From a virus (lineage: Duplodnaviria > Caudoviricetes): 33,769 nucleotides of DNA. A program made the position numbers and the translations under genes. The stretch lies in the IMG/VR virus record IMGVR_UViG_3300017913_002605, positions 1-33,769 of that record, one strand, 5' to 3'. Positions 18,858-25,851 of the stretch are shown piece after piece (position 1 is the first letter of the stretch; every line of letters begins with the position of its first letter). The notes below the pieces were generated by a model that saw nothing but the letters and a program-made list of their open reading frames with translations, ran no database searches and had not been told where the DNA came from.

Positions 18858-20287
18858 GTACCTTAGCATCAATTAATGAGACCCTCATAACTCAGAATAC
18901 CGTCCTTGGCTTGATTGGTGATACAACTCATCAAACAGCAAGAGGTATTGAGCGTCTGAATGCATACTTTGATGCATCAGCTGATGATGCAAGAGAAGCT
19001 GAAGCTGAGAATCGTGGTGATGACCAAGCCGATCAACAAACGCAGACATCTCGCGGCCAGACATCATCTGGCGGCGGTGGATTGTTTGATATGCTAAGCA
19101 AAGGTGGATTCTTATCGAGTATACTGAGTAAAGCTGCCATTGGTGCATTACTTGGTTCTATTGCTGTTGTATTGTCGGATGAGATTGGTAACTTTGTATC
19201 ATCTATTACTGGAAGTGATATACTTGGTTCGTTAGCTGAGTATGGATTAGTTGGTGCAGGTCTAGGATCTATATTTGGTATTAAAGGTGCAGCGTTTGGT
19301 GCAATGATAGGAGCAGTAGTTGGAGCTGCTAATCTTATAGGTGATGAAGTTCAAAAGTTCTTTAAAGAAAATGAGATTCCAGGCGATGCAGTAGCTGGTG
19401 AGGTTGCAAAAACGCTTACGTTAGCAGGATCTGGCGCGTTAGCTGGATTTGCTATGGGTGGTCCTGTTGGAGCAATCATAGGTGGACTTGCTGGAGCAAC
19501 AGTTGGTGTTACAGGCACGCTTATAGAATATTTTGGAGATCCAAAGTTTCAAAAAGCCATTGATGATGATATTAATGAAATCAAATCCGCTCTTGATGAT
19601 ATTTACAATAATGTTAACTCTTTCTTGGAAGAGAATGTACAAAAGCCATTAGTAAGTGCAGCTGATAGTGTTCGTGAGGCATTAGGTATGTCCACATCAG
19701 AAGATTATCAAGCCGAAGCTGTGAAAGCTGTTGACGCTGAGATAGCTGATGTCAAACAACAGATAAGTGATATGAGAGATGAGGCTCTTGCTCTTAGACG
19801 AGAAGCAAACAATGTCAAGACGACTGGGTTGAAAGGAGCTGAGAGACAAGCTGCTCGTGACCAAATAGCAGCGCTACAAGCACAATCAGATGAGATTGAA
19901 GCTGCTGCAAATAAATTAAGTAGAGATGAAATTGGCGCTTATGGTAGATTAACTAAATTAAAAAAAGATACTGTAGCTGAAGTTACTGCAGCTAAACAAG
20001 ATGAGCGGACAACAGTGAATGAAATGGCTGCAGATGCTACGCAAGCAGTTATTGATATTGGTAATAGAAACGTGCCTCCACAAGTTACAACCCCAGCCCA
20101 AACAGGAGCTGAGGTTGCACAAGCTAGTCAAACAATGAGAGAAGCTGAATCAGCTGCCAGTGGACCTGCTCAAGTTGTTGGCCAAGTTGGTGATAATGTC
20201 ACAAACAACAATAGCCAGAACATTATTGGCAATGGTGTAATGAGCACCATGAACCCTGCAGGTCCTTACTGGACACCAGTTAATTAA
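18854..20287 (+). CDS. Probable tape measure protein (gp29-like position)
   Basis: 477 aa, Ala/Gly-rich hydrophobic segments (GAMIGAVVGA, GGPVGAIIGGLAG), long predicted coiled coil, low-complexity C-terminus; follows gp26/gp51 with an ATGA overlap. Confidence 0.6.
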   Translation: MSTLASINETLITQNTVLGLIGDTTHQTARGIERLNAYFDASADDAREAEAENRGDDQADQQTQTSRGQTSSGGGGLFDMLSKGGFLSSILSKAAIGALLGSIAVVLSDEIGNFVSSITGSDILGSLAEYGLVGAGLGSIFGIKGAAFGAMIGAVVGAANLIGDEVQKFFKENEIPGDAVAGEVAKTLTLAGSGALAGFAMGGPVGAIIGGLAGATVGVTGTLIEYFGDPKFQKAIDDDINEIKSALDDIYNNVNSFLEENVQKPLVSAADSVREALGMSTSEDYQAEAVKAVDAEIADVKQQISDMRDEALALRREANNVKTTGLKGAERQAARDQIAALQAQSDEIEAAANKLSRDEIGAYGRLTKLKKDTVAEVTAAKQDERTTVNEMAADATQAVIDIGNRNVPPQVTTPAQTGAEVAQASQTMREAESAASGPAQVVGQVGDNVTNNNSQNIIGNGVMSTMNPAGPYWTPVN

Positions 20288-21186
20288 TCTTCGTTAGCTA
20301 ACTTAGCAAAGTAAGACATAGTATCATCATCAGATGAACTCATACTCTCTGCTGATACTGGCTCCGCTGCCATTGGTGATGGAGCTGGTTCATTCATCTG
20401 TACTTCCTGCTTCATAGTAGGAGCACCCGCAGATACTTCTTCACCCAACACACGAGCTAGTTTTGTTTTGAGCTCGTCATAGGTTTTGTAGTTCTTTGGA
20501 TCGGTGAACTCACCGAGGTCATGTAGTTGGTTATAGACAGCTTCCAGCTGGGATTCGTCTCCACCATGGAGAGCAGAAGCTCCTGCAAACTCTGACTTAT
20601 CATAATTACGGTATCCTTCAACATTACGAATCTTTAACTTAAAGTCTGCACCTTCCCACATATCGAATGGGTTGATAGGAGTCTCATCGGCAAACTGAGG
20701 CTGCATCACATCCATAAGTTTATCAAAGATCTTTTTACCAAACTTAAACAACATCACTTTGCCCTCGTTCTGAGGAGCAGAAGGATCTTGTACGACCAAG
20801 ACGTTTGCTACGTAGTGGAGTCTGCGCTTTTGTTTGCGGACAGTCTCTTTGTCTTCGTCGATGCCTGAGTTCCAGAGTCGTGAGTTGAGTTCACTAACTG
20901 GATCAGGTTGACCAATAGTAGTAAGGCTGTTTTCGATATACCACAGACCGGTTGGTCCTTTGAATCCGTGATCCCAGTATCGTACCCATGGAAGGTCTTG
21001 GCCTTCTGCTGCTGGTAAGAATCTGAGGACTGCGTATCCATTGCCTGCCTTATCTACTGTAGGTTTCCAAATACGATCGTCGCCGTAGTTGTTCTGCTGA
21101 GGTTGGCTACCACCACCAGCTTGCTCTGCTGCTTGAACGAGTTTGGAAATCTGATCGCGATTGCGTTTTAGGTTTTCGAATGACAT
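20284..21186 (-). CDS. gp32: Single-stranded DNA-binding protein gp32
   Basis: 'DDRIWKPTVDKAGNGYAVLRFLP', 'HGFKGPTGLWYIENSLTT', 'FGKKIFDK', 'GADFKLKIR', acidic tail 'DDDTMSYFAKLA'. Confidence 0.97.
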   Translation of the reverse strand: MSFENLKRNRDQISKLVQAAEQAGGGSQPQQNNYGDDRIWKPTVDKAGNGYAVLRFLPAAEGQDLPWVRYWDHGFKGPTGLWYIENSLTTIGQPDPVSELNSRLWNSGIDEDKETVRKQKRRLHYVANVLVVQDPSAPQNEGKVMLFKFGKKIFDKLMDVMQPQFADETPINPFDMWEGADFKLKIRNVEGYRNYDKSEFAGASALHGGDESQLEAVYNQLHDLGEFTDPKNYKTYDELKTKLARVLGEEVSAGAPTMKQEVQMNEPAPSPMAAEPVSAESMSSSDDDTMSYFAKLANED

Positions 21187-21222
21187 ATATTTGTATCCTT
21201 ATATAACTGAAATATGTTTTGT

Positions 21223-21261
21223 ATTATACACTGTATGTGCTGAAATGTAAACTTATTTATA
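21223..21261 (-). promoter_or_regulatory. Tandem late (TATAAATA 21254-21261) and sigma70-type (TTTACA-17-TATAAT) promoters for gp32
   Basis: Minus strand reads TATAAATAAG TTTACA tttcagcacatacagtg TATAAT. Confidence 0.75.
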
Positions 21262-21267
21262 TTCATT

Positions 21268-21510
21268 TTACTCAAAGAATGATGAGTCTAATGAATTTGT
21301 TTTAGGCAAGAAGTTAAGAGACATAGCCTCTGCTTCCAGCTTGCTCTTGATACCAGGTGAGATGAACCTGCGTACATCTTCTGGATCAATATCGTTCTGA
21401 TCACACAGAAGCAATATTGCTTCCATATAACCAATAGACTTAGTTAAGACCTCACCCTCTACGAGTTTTGAGAACTTAGTTTTATTTAGAAAGTTTTCTT
21501 CGACGCTCAC
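21268..21510 (-). CDS. gp33: Late transcription coactivator gp33
   Basis: 'FSKLVE..V......YMEAI...C....IDPE.V...IS..IKSKLEAEA..LNFL'; GTG start. Confidence 0.9.
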   Translation of the reverse strand: MSVEENFLNKTKFSKLVEGEVLTKSIGYMEAILLLCDQNDIDPEDVRRFISPGIKSKLEAEAMSLNFLPKTNSLDSSFFE

Positions 21511-22091
21511 GCCTTCTTCCTCTTCTTTCGAGTCTTCTTTACAGGCTCTTCAACGATCCCATAATATTCATTGTGCATCTCTTCAGTCCATAGACCAACA
21601 TCTGGATAGATCGTATTGATGTCTCGCTTTGGTTCACCTTTATGGGGACCTTCCCAATGATAAGCCATTGCTCTACAAACATAACGAATTCTATTCTGTT
21701 GCTCCTTACCATAAAATCTATCAACCCAATCACCCGTACGGATGTAGTGTTCGATGTTTCTAATATAGCCTTCAATGTCTGCAACCTTAGACTCAGCACC
21801 CTTCACTCCTGCACGAGCAGACTTACGTTCTTCTGACAAGAGCTCTTTGTTATGCTTAATCCAACCACGAACACTTTGCAGGCTCAATAGATTCTCATCT
21901 GGTAAGGCAACAACAGATGGATGGACATTCTTTGGAGGACCAGCAGTCTTCTTACGATTAGCTCTAGCTTTAGCTAGACGTTCAGCTGCAGCGGCCTTCT
22001 GCTCAGCAGTCATAGGCTTGCGCTTCTTCCGAGGCTTTGGTTGCTCAGCTAATTGCTTCATACGAATTGACTTCTTAGTCTTTCCAGCCAT
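21507..22091 (-). CDS. Basic hypothetical protein
   Basis: 194 aa, Lys/Arg-rich termini, 'AAERLAKARA' helix; overlaps both neighbours. Confidence 0.75.
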   Translation of the reverse strand: MAGKTKKSIRMKQLAEQPKPRKKRKPMTAEQKAAAAERLAKARANRKKTAGPPKNVHPSVVALPDENLLSLQSVRGWIKHNKELLSEERKSARAGVKGAESKVADIEGYIRNIEHYIRTGDWVDRFYGKEQQNRIRYVCRAMAYHWEGPHKGEPKRDINTIYPDVGLWTEEMHNEYYGIVEEPVKKTRKKRKKA

Positions 22092-22257
22092 GTGCTTTTT
22101 CCTCCATCTCTCTCATACGAGCTTTCATATACTCAACGACAAGAATGTCGATGCCACTAAAGTTCTCTCGACCACCTCTCAGAGTTTCCATGCGTTCTAT
22201 CTCACCTTGGAAGACTCTGTAGGTGTTCATTCTATCACCAGACATTACTGGGATCAT
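22075..22257 (-). CDS. Hypothetical protein
   Basis: 60 aa ORF filling the operon with overlaps on both sides. Confidence 0.55.
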   Translation of the reverse strand: MIPVMSGDRMNTYRVFQGEIERMETLRGGRENFSGIDILVVEYMKARMREMEEKAHGWKD

Positions 22258-22892
22258 TGAGATGCCTCAGTAATGATCTCAAGCTGAGCTAACTCATCAG
22301 CTTGAACTTCTTCTACTTTCTGATCAAGCTCTTCAAAAGCCCGTTTAGCTTCTAAGCGAGACAGTAGTTCGTTGTTCTGTGCTACACGAGTCTTAATGAT
22401 CTGCATTGCAAGTTCATTCTTATACTCAAGCAGAACATATGCACGATACTGTGTACCGTTCTGAACAATAGACTGTTCCTTAACAACATAGCCTGCAACA
22501 TCTGCATCAGCAATCAAGTTAACAGTAGCTTGCTCAAACTCTTGAATCACTTGTGAGTCAAAGTCTGATTGACCAAGTCTCTTCTTGAATGACTTCAGTT
22601 GAGAACGTAGCTTTGATTCAACACGATCAGCAAGAGTAGTCTTGGCTGCTAGAATAGCCATATCAACTGAAAGTTGTAGATCAGGTGTTTGGGACGTGCC
22701 AACAGCAAATACAGCATCATCTGACTCTGGCATTTTCTCATACCACTTAGGCATGATCTTTAGTTGTTCTTCAACTTGCTCAGTACGATATTCAAACTCA
22801 GCCTTAGTCATAGTACCTTCGGGTGGAATATCTTTATCGGCACAAGCCGCTAATGCAGACAGAGCTGCTAATGGTGCAATAAACTTTTTCAT
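22254..22892 (-). CDS. Lipoprotein, LPP20-like
   Basis: Lipobox LAA-C after MKKF plus hydrophobic core; 'PKWY', 'FAVGT..S.DLQLS...A', 'YRAYVL'. Confidence 0.7.
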   Translation of the reverse strand: MKKFIAPLAALSALAACADKDIPPEGTMTKAEFEYRTEQVEEQLKIMPKWYEKMPESDDAVFAVGTSQTPDLQLSVDMAILAAKTTLADRVESKLRSQLKSFKKRLGQSDFDSQVIQEFEQATVNLIADADVAGYVVKEQSIVQNGTQYRAYVLLEYKNELAMQIIKTRVAQNNELLSRLEAKRAFEELDQKVEEVQADELAQLEIITEASQ

Positions 22893-23014
22893 AACTTTTG
22901 TAACCTTTCAATCATTGCATCGCGAAGTCCAGAGTCAATGACGTAGCTCAGAGCATCTGGATAAAATATTACTGTACATACGCCAATAATAAAACCTAAC
23001 AAAATCTTAATCAA
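22889..23014 (-). CDS. Small membrane protein (41 aa, not in ORF track)
   Basis: TTG start, MIKILLGFIIGVCTVIFYPDALSYVIDSGLRDAMIERLQKL*; 4-nt overlaps with both neighbours. Confidence 0.6.
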   Translation of the reverse strand: MIKILLGFIIGVCTVIFYPDALSYVIDSGLRDAMIERLQKL

Positions 23015-23325
23015 TTCAAAATCCCCATACTAAATATTGTCTGTAAGCCTTTAGACAATTCATCACCTTCAGGTTCCCAAGGATCACAATCAACACCAAA
23101 CAATACTTTCTTCATGCATGTTTGGACTTTGACTACCTCAGTTTTTGTGATAACCTCTCTAGGTGCAGTTTTACATTCATAACGCTGAGTGCTGTTAGTA
23201 CGTCCATGTTTGTCAGTCTCAACAATCCTAACATACTTACACTCTTGACCAAGCTCAGCCTTAGTTCCAGTCGTTATCATAATTAACGGTATCGCGGTAA
23301 GCATCACCATAATACTTTTCCGCAT
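23011..23325 (-). CDS. Secreted Cys-containing hypothetical protein
   Basis: Likely start MRKSIMVMLTAIPLIMITTGTKA (signal-peptide-like) inside the 130-aa track ORF; four Cys. Confidence 0.6.
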   Translation of the reverse strand: MRKSIMVMLTAIPLIMITTGTKAELGQECKYVRIVETDKHGRTNSTQRYECKTAPREVITKTEVVKVQTCMKKVLFGVDCDPWEPEGDELSKGLQTIFSMGILN

Positions 23326-23482
23326 ACTGAGATGCATCAGTCCAAGCATTGATATTTCCATTATCATATTTGTCAAAGGAACGCGTCTCGGTCTTACGGA
23401 CACGCTGGTTACGATTCAGCTTCTTAGAGAATTTCTTAGAGGCCTTACGAATAAGTGCTAATCTCTCTTCACGTGTTTGCAT
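23261..23482 (-). CDS. Early hypothetical protein
   Basis: 73 aa, GAGGAG RBS, directly behind a sigma70-type promoter. Confidence 0.75.
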   Translation of the reverse strand: MQTREERLALIRKASKKFSKKLNRNQRVRKTETRSFDKYDNGNINAWTDASQYAEKYYGDAYRDTVNYDNDWN

Positions 23483-23497
23483 ATTAACTCCTCATAA

Positions 23498-23531
23498 AAA
23501 AATAGCAGATGATCTATTATCCGCTATTTTT
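23498..23531 (-). terminator. 13-bp hairpin with A/T tracts (probable intrinsic terminator) overlapping an early promoter
   Basis: Minus strand AAAAATAGCGGAT-aatagatc-ATCTGCTATTTTT(TT), one G-U pair. Confidence 0.55.
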
Positions 23532-23544
23532 GAAATAAGGTCAA
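23516..23544 (-). promoter_or_regulatory. Early sigma70-type promoter TTGACC-17-GATAAT
   Basis: Same -35 and spacer start (TTGACCTTATTTCAAA) as the promoter at 25822-25850; A-tract upstream. Confidence 0.75.
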
Positions 23545-23554
23545 CAATTATTTT

Positions 23555-23812
23555 TTATGAATTGTAAATTTTTCTGAGCATATCTTCAAACTCATCTACC
23601 TTCTCTACACGATTAGGCCAGAGGATGTATTCTTTCTCAGGATTCTTTTTGAGATTATTCAGCAATGGTGTAATGGCATTATACAGTTTGTCAAGTTTAT
23701 CTTGAGTGACATTTTGTCCAACATCAAGCTGATCAATGACATCTTGCTTCTTCTTAACTACATCAAGTTCGTTTTCATCAACGGCCGTAAAGCCAAAGTC
23801 AAAGTCATCCAC
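23555..23812 (-). CDS. Hypothetical protein
   Basis: Probable GTG start at 23812 (MDDFDFGFTAVDENEL...LYNAITPLLNNLKKNPEKEYILWPNR) behind a purine-rich RBS. Confidence 0.75.
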   Translation of the reverse strand: MDDFDFGFTAVDENELDVVKKKQDVIDQLDVGQNVTQDKLDKLYNAITPLLNNLKKNPEKEYILWPNRVEKVDEFEDMLRKIYNS

Positions 23813-23972
23813 TCTCTCTTCTCCATACTGCATAATTGATAAAGAACATATAACCAACAACAAACCAAAAGACACTACCAGTCATTATGGCTTGAGTGAT
23901 CATCCAAGCACAGATTAATACTAGACCAATATCGCCTATGTTTATTCTGGGCGTTTCACTTGTTTGTAGCAT
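23805..23972 (-). CDS. Small two-helix membrane protein (55 aa, not in ORF track)
   Basis: Manual translation MLQTSETPRINIGDIGLVLICAWMITQAIMTGSVFWFVVGYMFFINYAVWRRESG*; fills the operon gap. Confidence 0.5.
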   Translation of the reverse strand: MLQTSETPRINIGDIGLVLICAWMITQAIMTGSVFWFVVGYMFFINYAVWRRESG

Positions 23973-24157
23973 ACGTATTTGTTTCCAATTGGTGTTTCAA
24001 TTGGCATTGAGTATACACCTGGTTCAGTACTTGGAGCCCTACATGGCTCTAGCTTTTCCCAATATGTGTACCCGTTTGCCTCGTGTTCAACTTTTGCGTT
24101 GAAAAAGTCTGCGTTAGTCCATGCAACCAGACCTAAAAATAAAATGCCTTCAATCAT
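23942..24157 (-). CDS. Small exported hypothetical protein
   Basis: GGAGA RBS before MIEGILFLGLVAW; two Cys. Confidence 0.65.
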   Translation of the reverse strand: MIEGILFLGLVAWTNADFFNAKVEHEANGYTYWEKLEPCRAPSTEPGVYSMPIETPIGNKYVCYKQVKRPE

Positions 24158-24176
24158 CTGTTTCTCCAAAGTGTGA

Positions 24177-24330
24177 TGGTGGCTAACCATTGGCCACCGC
24201 GGATGTATTTAGGCATCACCCTTAATAAAGCAGAGCCAGCGTATACTTAATGGTACTGGGTGCGTTCTCCTTTGTTATTTAGGGCTTCCACCTAATCCCA
24301 CCTCACTTTAAAGTCTGCGTGTCCAAGACT
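24177..24330 (-). ncRNA. Putative structured RNA (~155 nt) transcribed from a late promoter
   Basis: Locally GC-richer intergenic segment with 5-6 stems found by eye and complementary loops ACCATT/AATGGT; starts a few nt after TATAAATA. Confidence 0.65.
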
Positions 24331-24334
24331 ATCT

Positions 24335-24342
24335 TATTTATA
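24335..24342 (-). promoter_or_regulatory. Late promoter TATAAATA ahead of the putative RNA
   Basis: Exact consensus inside an otherwise early region. Confidence 0.7.
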
Positions 24343-24345
24343 GGT

Positions 24346-24395
24346 TTCCAGCGAGGGAGCTGAGAGAGGAGCTAAATGGCTCAACCTCGCTGGAA
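24346..24395 (-). ncRNA. Hairpin with a perfect 11-bp stem carrying an anti-Shine-Dalgarno sequence
   Basis: TTCCAGCGAGG-TTGAGCCATTTAGCTCCTCTCTCAGCTC-CCTCGCTGGAA. Confidence 0.55.
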
Positions 24396-24401
24396 TCTCT
24401 A

Positions 24402-24448
24402 TCAGTTATAGACTTCTATCGTCTAGCCGTCTGTAAGCCTATAACTGA
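24402..24448 (-). other. 14-bp hairpin overlapping the stop codon of the upstream ORF
   Basis: TCAGTTATAGGCTT-19 nt-AAGTCTATAACTGA; a G-U pair forms only on the minus strand. Confidence 0.6.
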
Positions 24449-24660
24449 AACTTTATATACGATATAATATCACGAATTGTTTCTCTCGTTGCTGTCTCAT
24501 AAGGACCCATAACATTATCTATCTCATCATAATGATGTACACCATTTGGATCTACAAGGCAATGCCATAACTTACGAGTACGATCATCCGGATCTTCATC
24601 AACCTCTGTACGATATTGCCAACCGTCAACAGTAAACTGTAAAAAACCGAATGGTAACAT
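24439..24660 (-). CDS. Hypothetical protein
   Basis: Likely start MLPFGF at 24660 (TAATG overlap with upstream ORF). Confidence 0.65.
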   Translation of the reverse strand: MLPFGFLQFTVDGWQYRTEVDEDPDDRTRKLWHCLVDPNGVHHYDEIDNVMGPYETATRETIRDIISYIKFQL

Positions 24661-24971
24661 TATGCAGCATCCGCTCTCATTAAGATTGTCATCTGAGCAC
24701 AAAAGTCAATCAACTGATCGTTAGTTAAAGTAGAAAAGTCTAACGAACGAGCATAAGACTTGCTCATGGCATCAGCAGCCAGATAGTATGCTGACTCCTC
24801 AAGATCAATACGCTGATACTCAGCCAGCGTACCAGATGGTACACGCTGTGACCAATACTCAGTATCAGTGTGACATGGAAGTTTACCCATGAAGTTACCA
24901 GGTGCAGCTGCTGTGAATGCTTCTGCTTCAGCGCGCTGTGCTACGATATAATCTACAAGTGCCTTTTCCAT
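24660..24971 (-). CDS. Hypothetical protein
   Basis: 103 aa, GGAGAG RBS, in early operon. Confidence 0.75.
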   Translation of the reverse strand: MEKALVDYIVAQRAEAEAFTAAAPGNFMGKLPCHTDTEYWSQRVPSGTLAEYQRIDLEESAYYLAADAMSKSYARSLDFSTLTNDQLIDFCAQMTILMRADAA

Positions 24972-24973
24972 AA

Positions 24974-25123
24974 TTACTCTCCCAAAGCATATTCAATTGC
25001 GGCATCAAGAAGCTCTTCAGCTTTCTTCTTATCAACATCAAATGCCTTCATGATGGCTTCAACACCTTCTACAGCATTCTTTGTAGGACCCATAACTTCT
25101 AAAACAGAATCTAGCTTTTTCAT
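24974..25123 (-). CDS. Small early protein (49 aa, not in ORF track)
   Basis: GAGGAG RBS; MKKLDSVLEVMGPTKNAVEGVEAIMKAFDVDKKKAEELLDAAIEYALGE*. Confidence 0.75.
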   Translation of the reverse strand: MKKLDSVLEVMGPTKNAVEGVEAIMKAFDVDKKKAEELLDAAIEYALGE

Positions 25124-25154
25124 TTTTAACTCCTCAGTAACTCTCTACCCTTTT

Positions 25155-25215
25155 ATTATACATCATTTTTAAAATAGGGTCAAGCTTTTTTTTCAACTTT
25201 TTTTAATTTTTTTTT
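25155..25215 (-). promoter_or_regulatory. Early sigma70-type promoter TTGACC-17-TATAAT with A-tract UP element
   Basis: -35 at 25178-25183, -10 at 25155-25160, several A-tracts upstream. Confidence 0.85.
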
Positions 25216-25227
25216 CTATTGTTACTT

Positions 25228-25398
25228 TTACCAGGTTCTTTCATCACCACTAAGTGTTGGTGGATCTTCCAACATCTGCAGACGATATTTTAGTTTATCA
25301 ATTTCTTCGTTCAGTTCTTTGATACGAGCATACAACTGATACTTTTCTTCAGTTTCCATTTGCATTTGTCTTTTATAAATGTCTATATCTGGATCCAT
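25228..25398 (-). CDS. Small coiled-coil protein (56 aa, not in ORF track)
   Basis: MDPDIDIYKRQMQMETEEKYQLYARIKELNEEIDKLKYRLQMLEDPPTLSGDERTW*; GGAGG upstream. Confidence 0.65.
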   Translation of the reverse strand: MDPDIDIYKRQMQMETEEKYQLYARIKELNEEIDKLKYRLQMLEDPPTLSGDERTW

Positions 25399-25802
25399 TT
25401 GTTATATATTTCCTCCTGGAGTCTATATGCTTCTTCTTCCCAAGGTAAAGCCATATACTCATCAGTAGTACTGAATGCAGTAATATGTTCTTCACCCTTC
25501 CAAGATTTCACAATACCTCTATCTTTTAACTCACCGCGTTCATGCTGCTTGACATGAACCATCTCATGAAAGATAGCTGTTACAAAATCTTCCTCAATCA
25601 GACCTTGTTGGATCTCAATCTCATGTTCACCTTTATCAAGAAACATATGAAACCCATCAACATCACCTTCAAGGTCGGTAATGCTAAGATCAATAGATAA
25701 AAATTTCTTCTTAGGCATAAGTTCTTTTACAGCAAACTCTACAGCTTTGCGAGCTAATAGACGCTCTGTACCTGAACCACCTTCTAAAGATATATGTAAC
25801 AT
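25383..25802 (-). CDS. Zincin-type HExxH metallopeptidase-like protein
   Basis: 'IFHEMVHVKQ' and 'Y..LPWEEEAY'. Confidence 0.8.
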   Translation of the reverse strand: MLHISLEGGSGTERLLARKAVEFAVKELMPKKKFLSIDLSITDLEGDVDGFHMFLDKGEHEIEIQQGLIEEDFVTAIFHEMVHVKQHERGELKDRGIVKSWKGEEHITAFSTTDEYMALPWEEEAYRLQEEIYNKWIQI

Positions 25803-25821
25803 ATTAAGCTCCTCTGCTAAT

Positions 25822-25850
25822 AGTATACATCAGATTTGAAATAAGGTCAA
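25822..25850 (-). promoter_or_regulatory. Early sigma70-type promoter TTGACC-17-TATACT
   Basis: Consensus spacing; GAGGAG RBS follows. Confidence 0.8.
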
Positions 25851-25851
25851 C

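Noticed and set aside
24158-24190. Track start of the 82-aa ORF (MVSHHH...)
   Set aside because: Falls within the terminal RNA hairpin with no SD; the ATG at 24157 has a GGAGA RBS.
24177-24260. tRNA or tmRNA, suggested by the ...GCCACCA end
   Set aside because: No T-arm GTTC motif, no cloverleaf, and the CCA is mostly within a local hairpin rather than on an acceptor stem.
21202-24450. Shared 11-mer TATAACTGAAA in the gp32 leader and the 24402-24448 hairpin (possible antisense control of gp32)
   Set aside because: Short and AT-rich, and the complementary arm is paired within the stem; chance cannot be excluded.
25184-25216. Poly-T tracts as terminator or assembly artefact
   Set aside because: No preceding hairpin; read as A-tracts upstream of the minus-strand -35 box (UP element).
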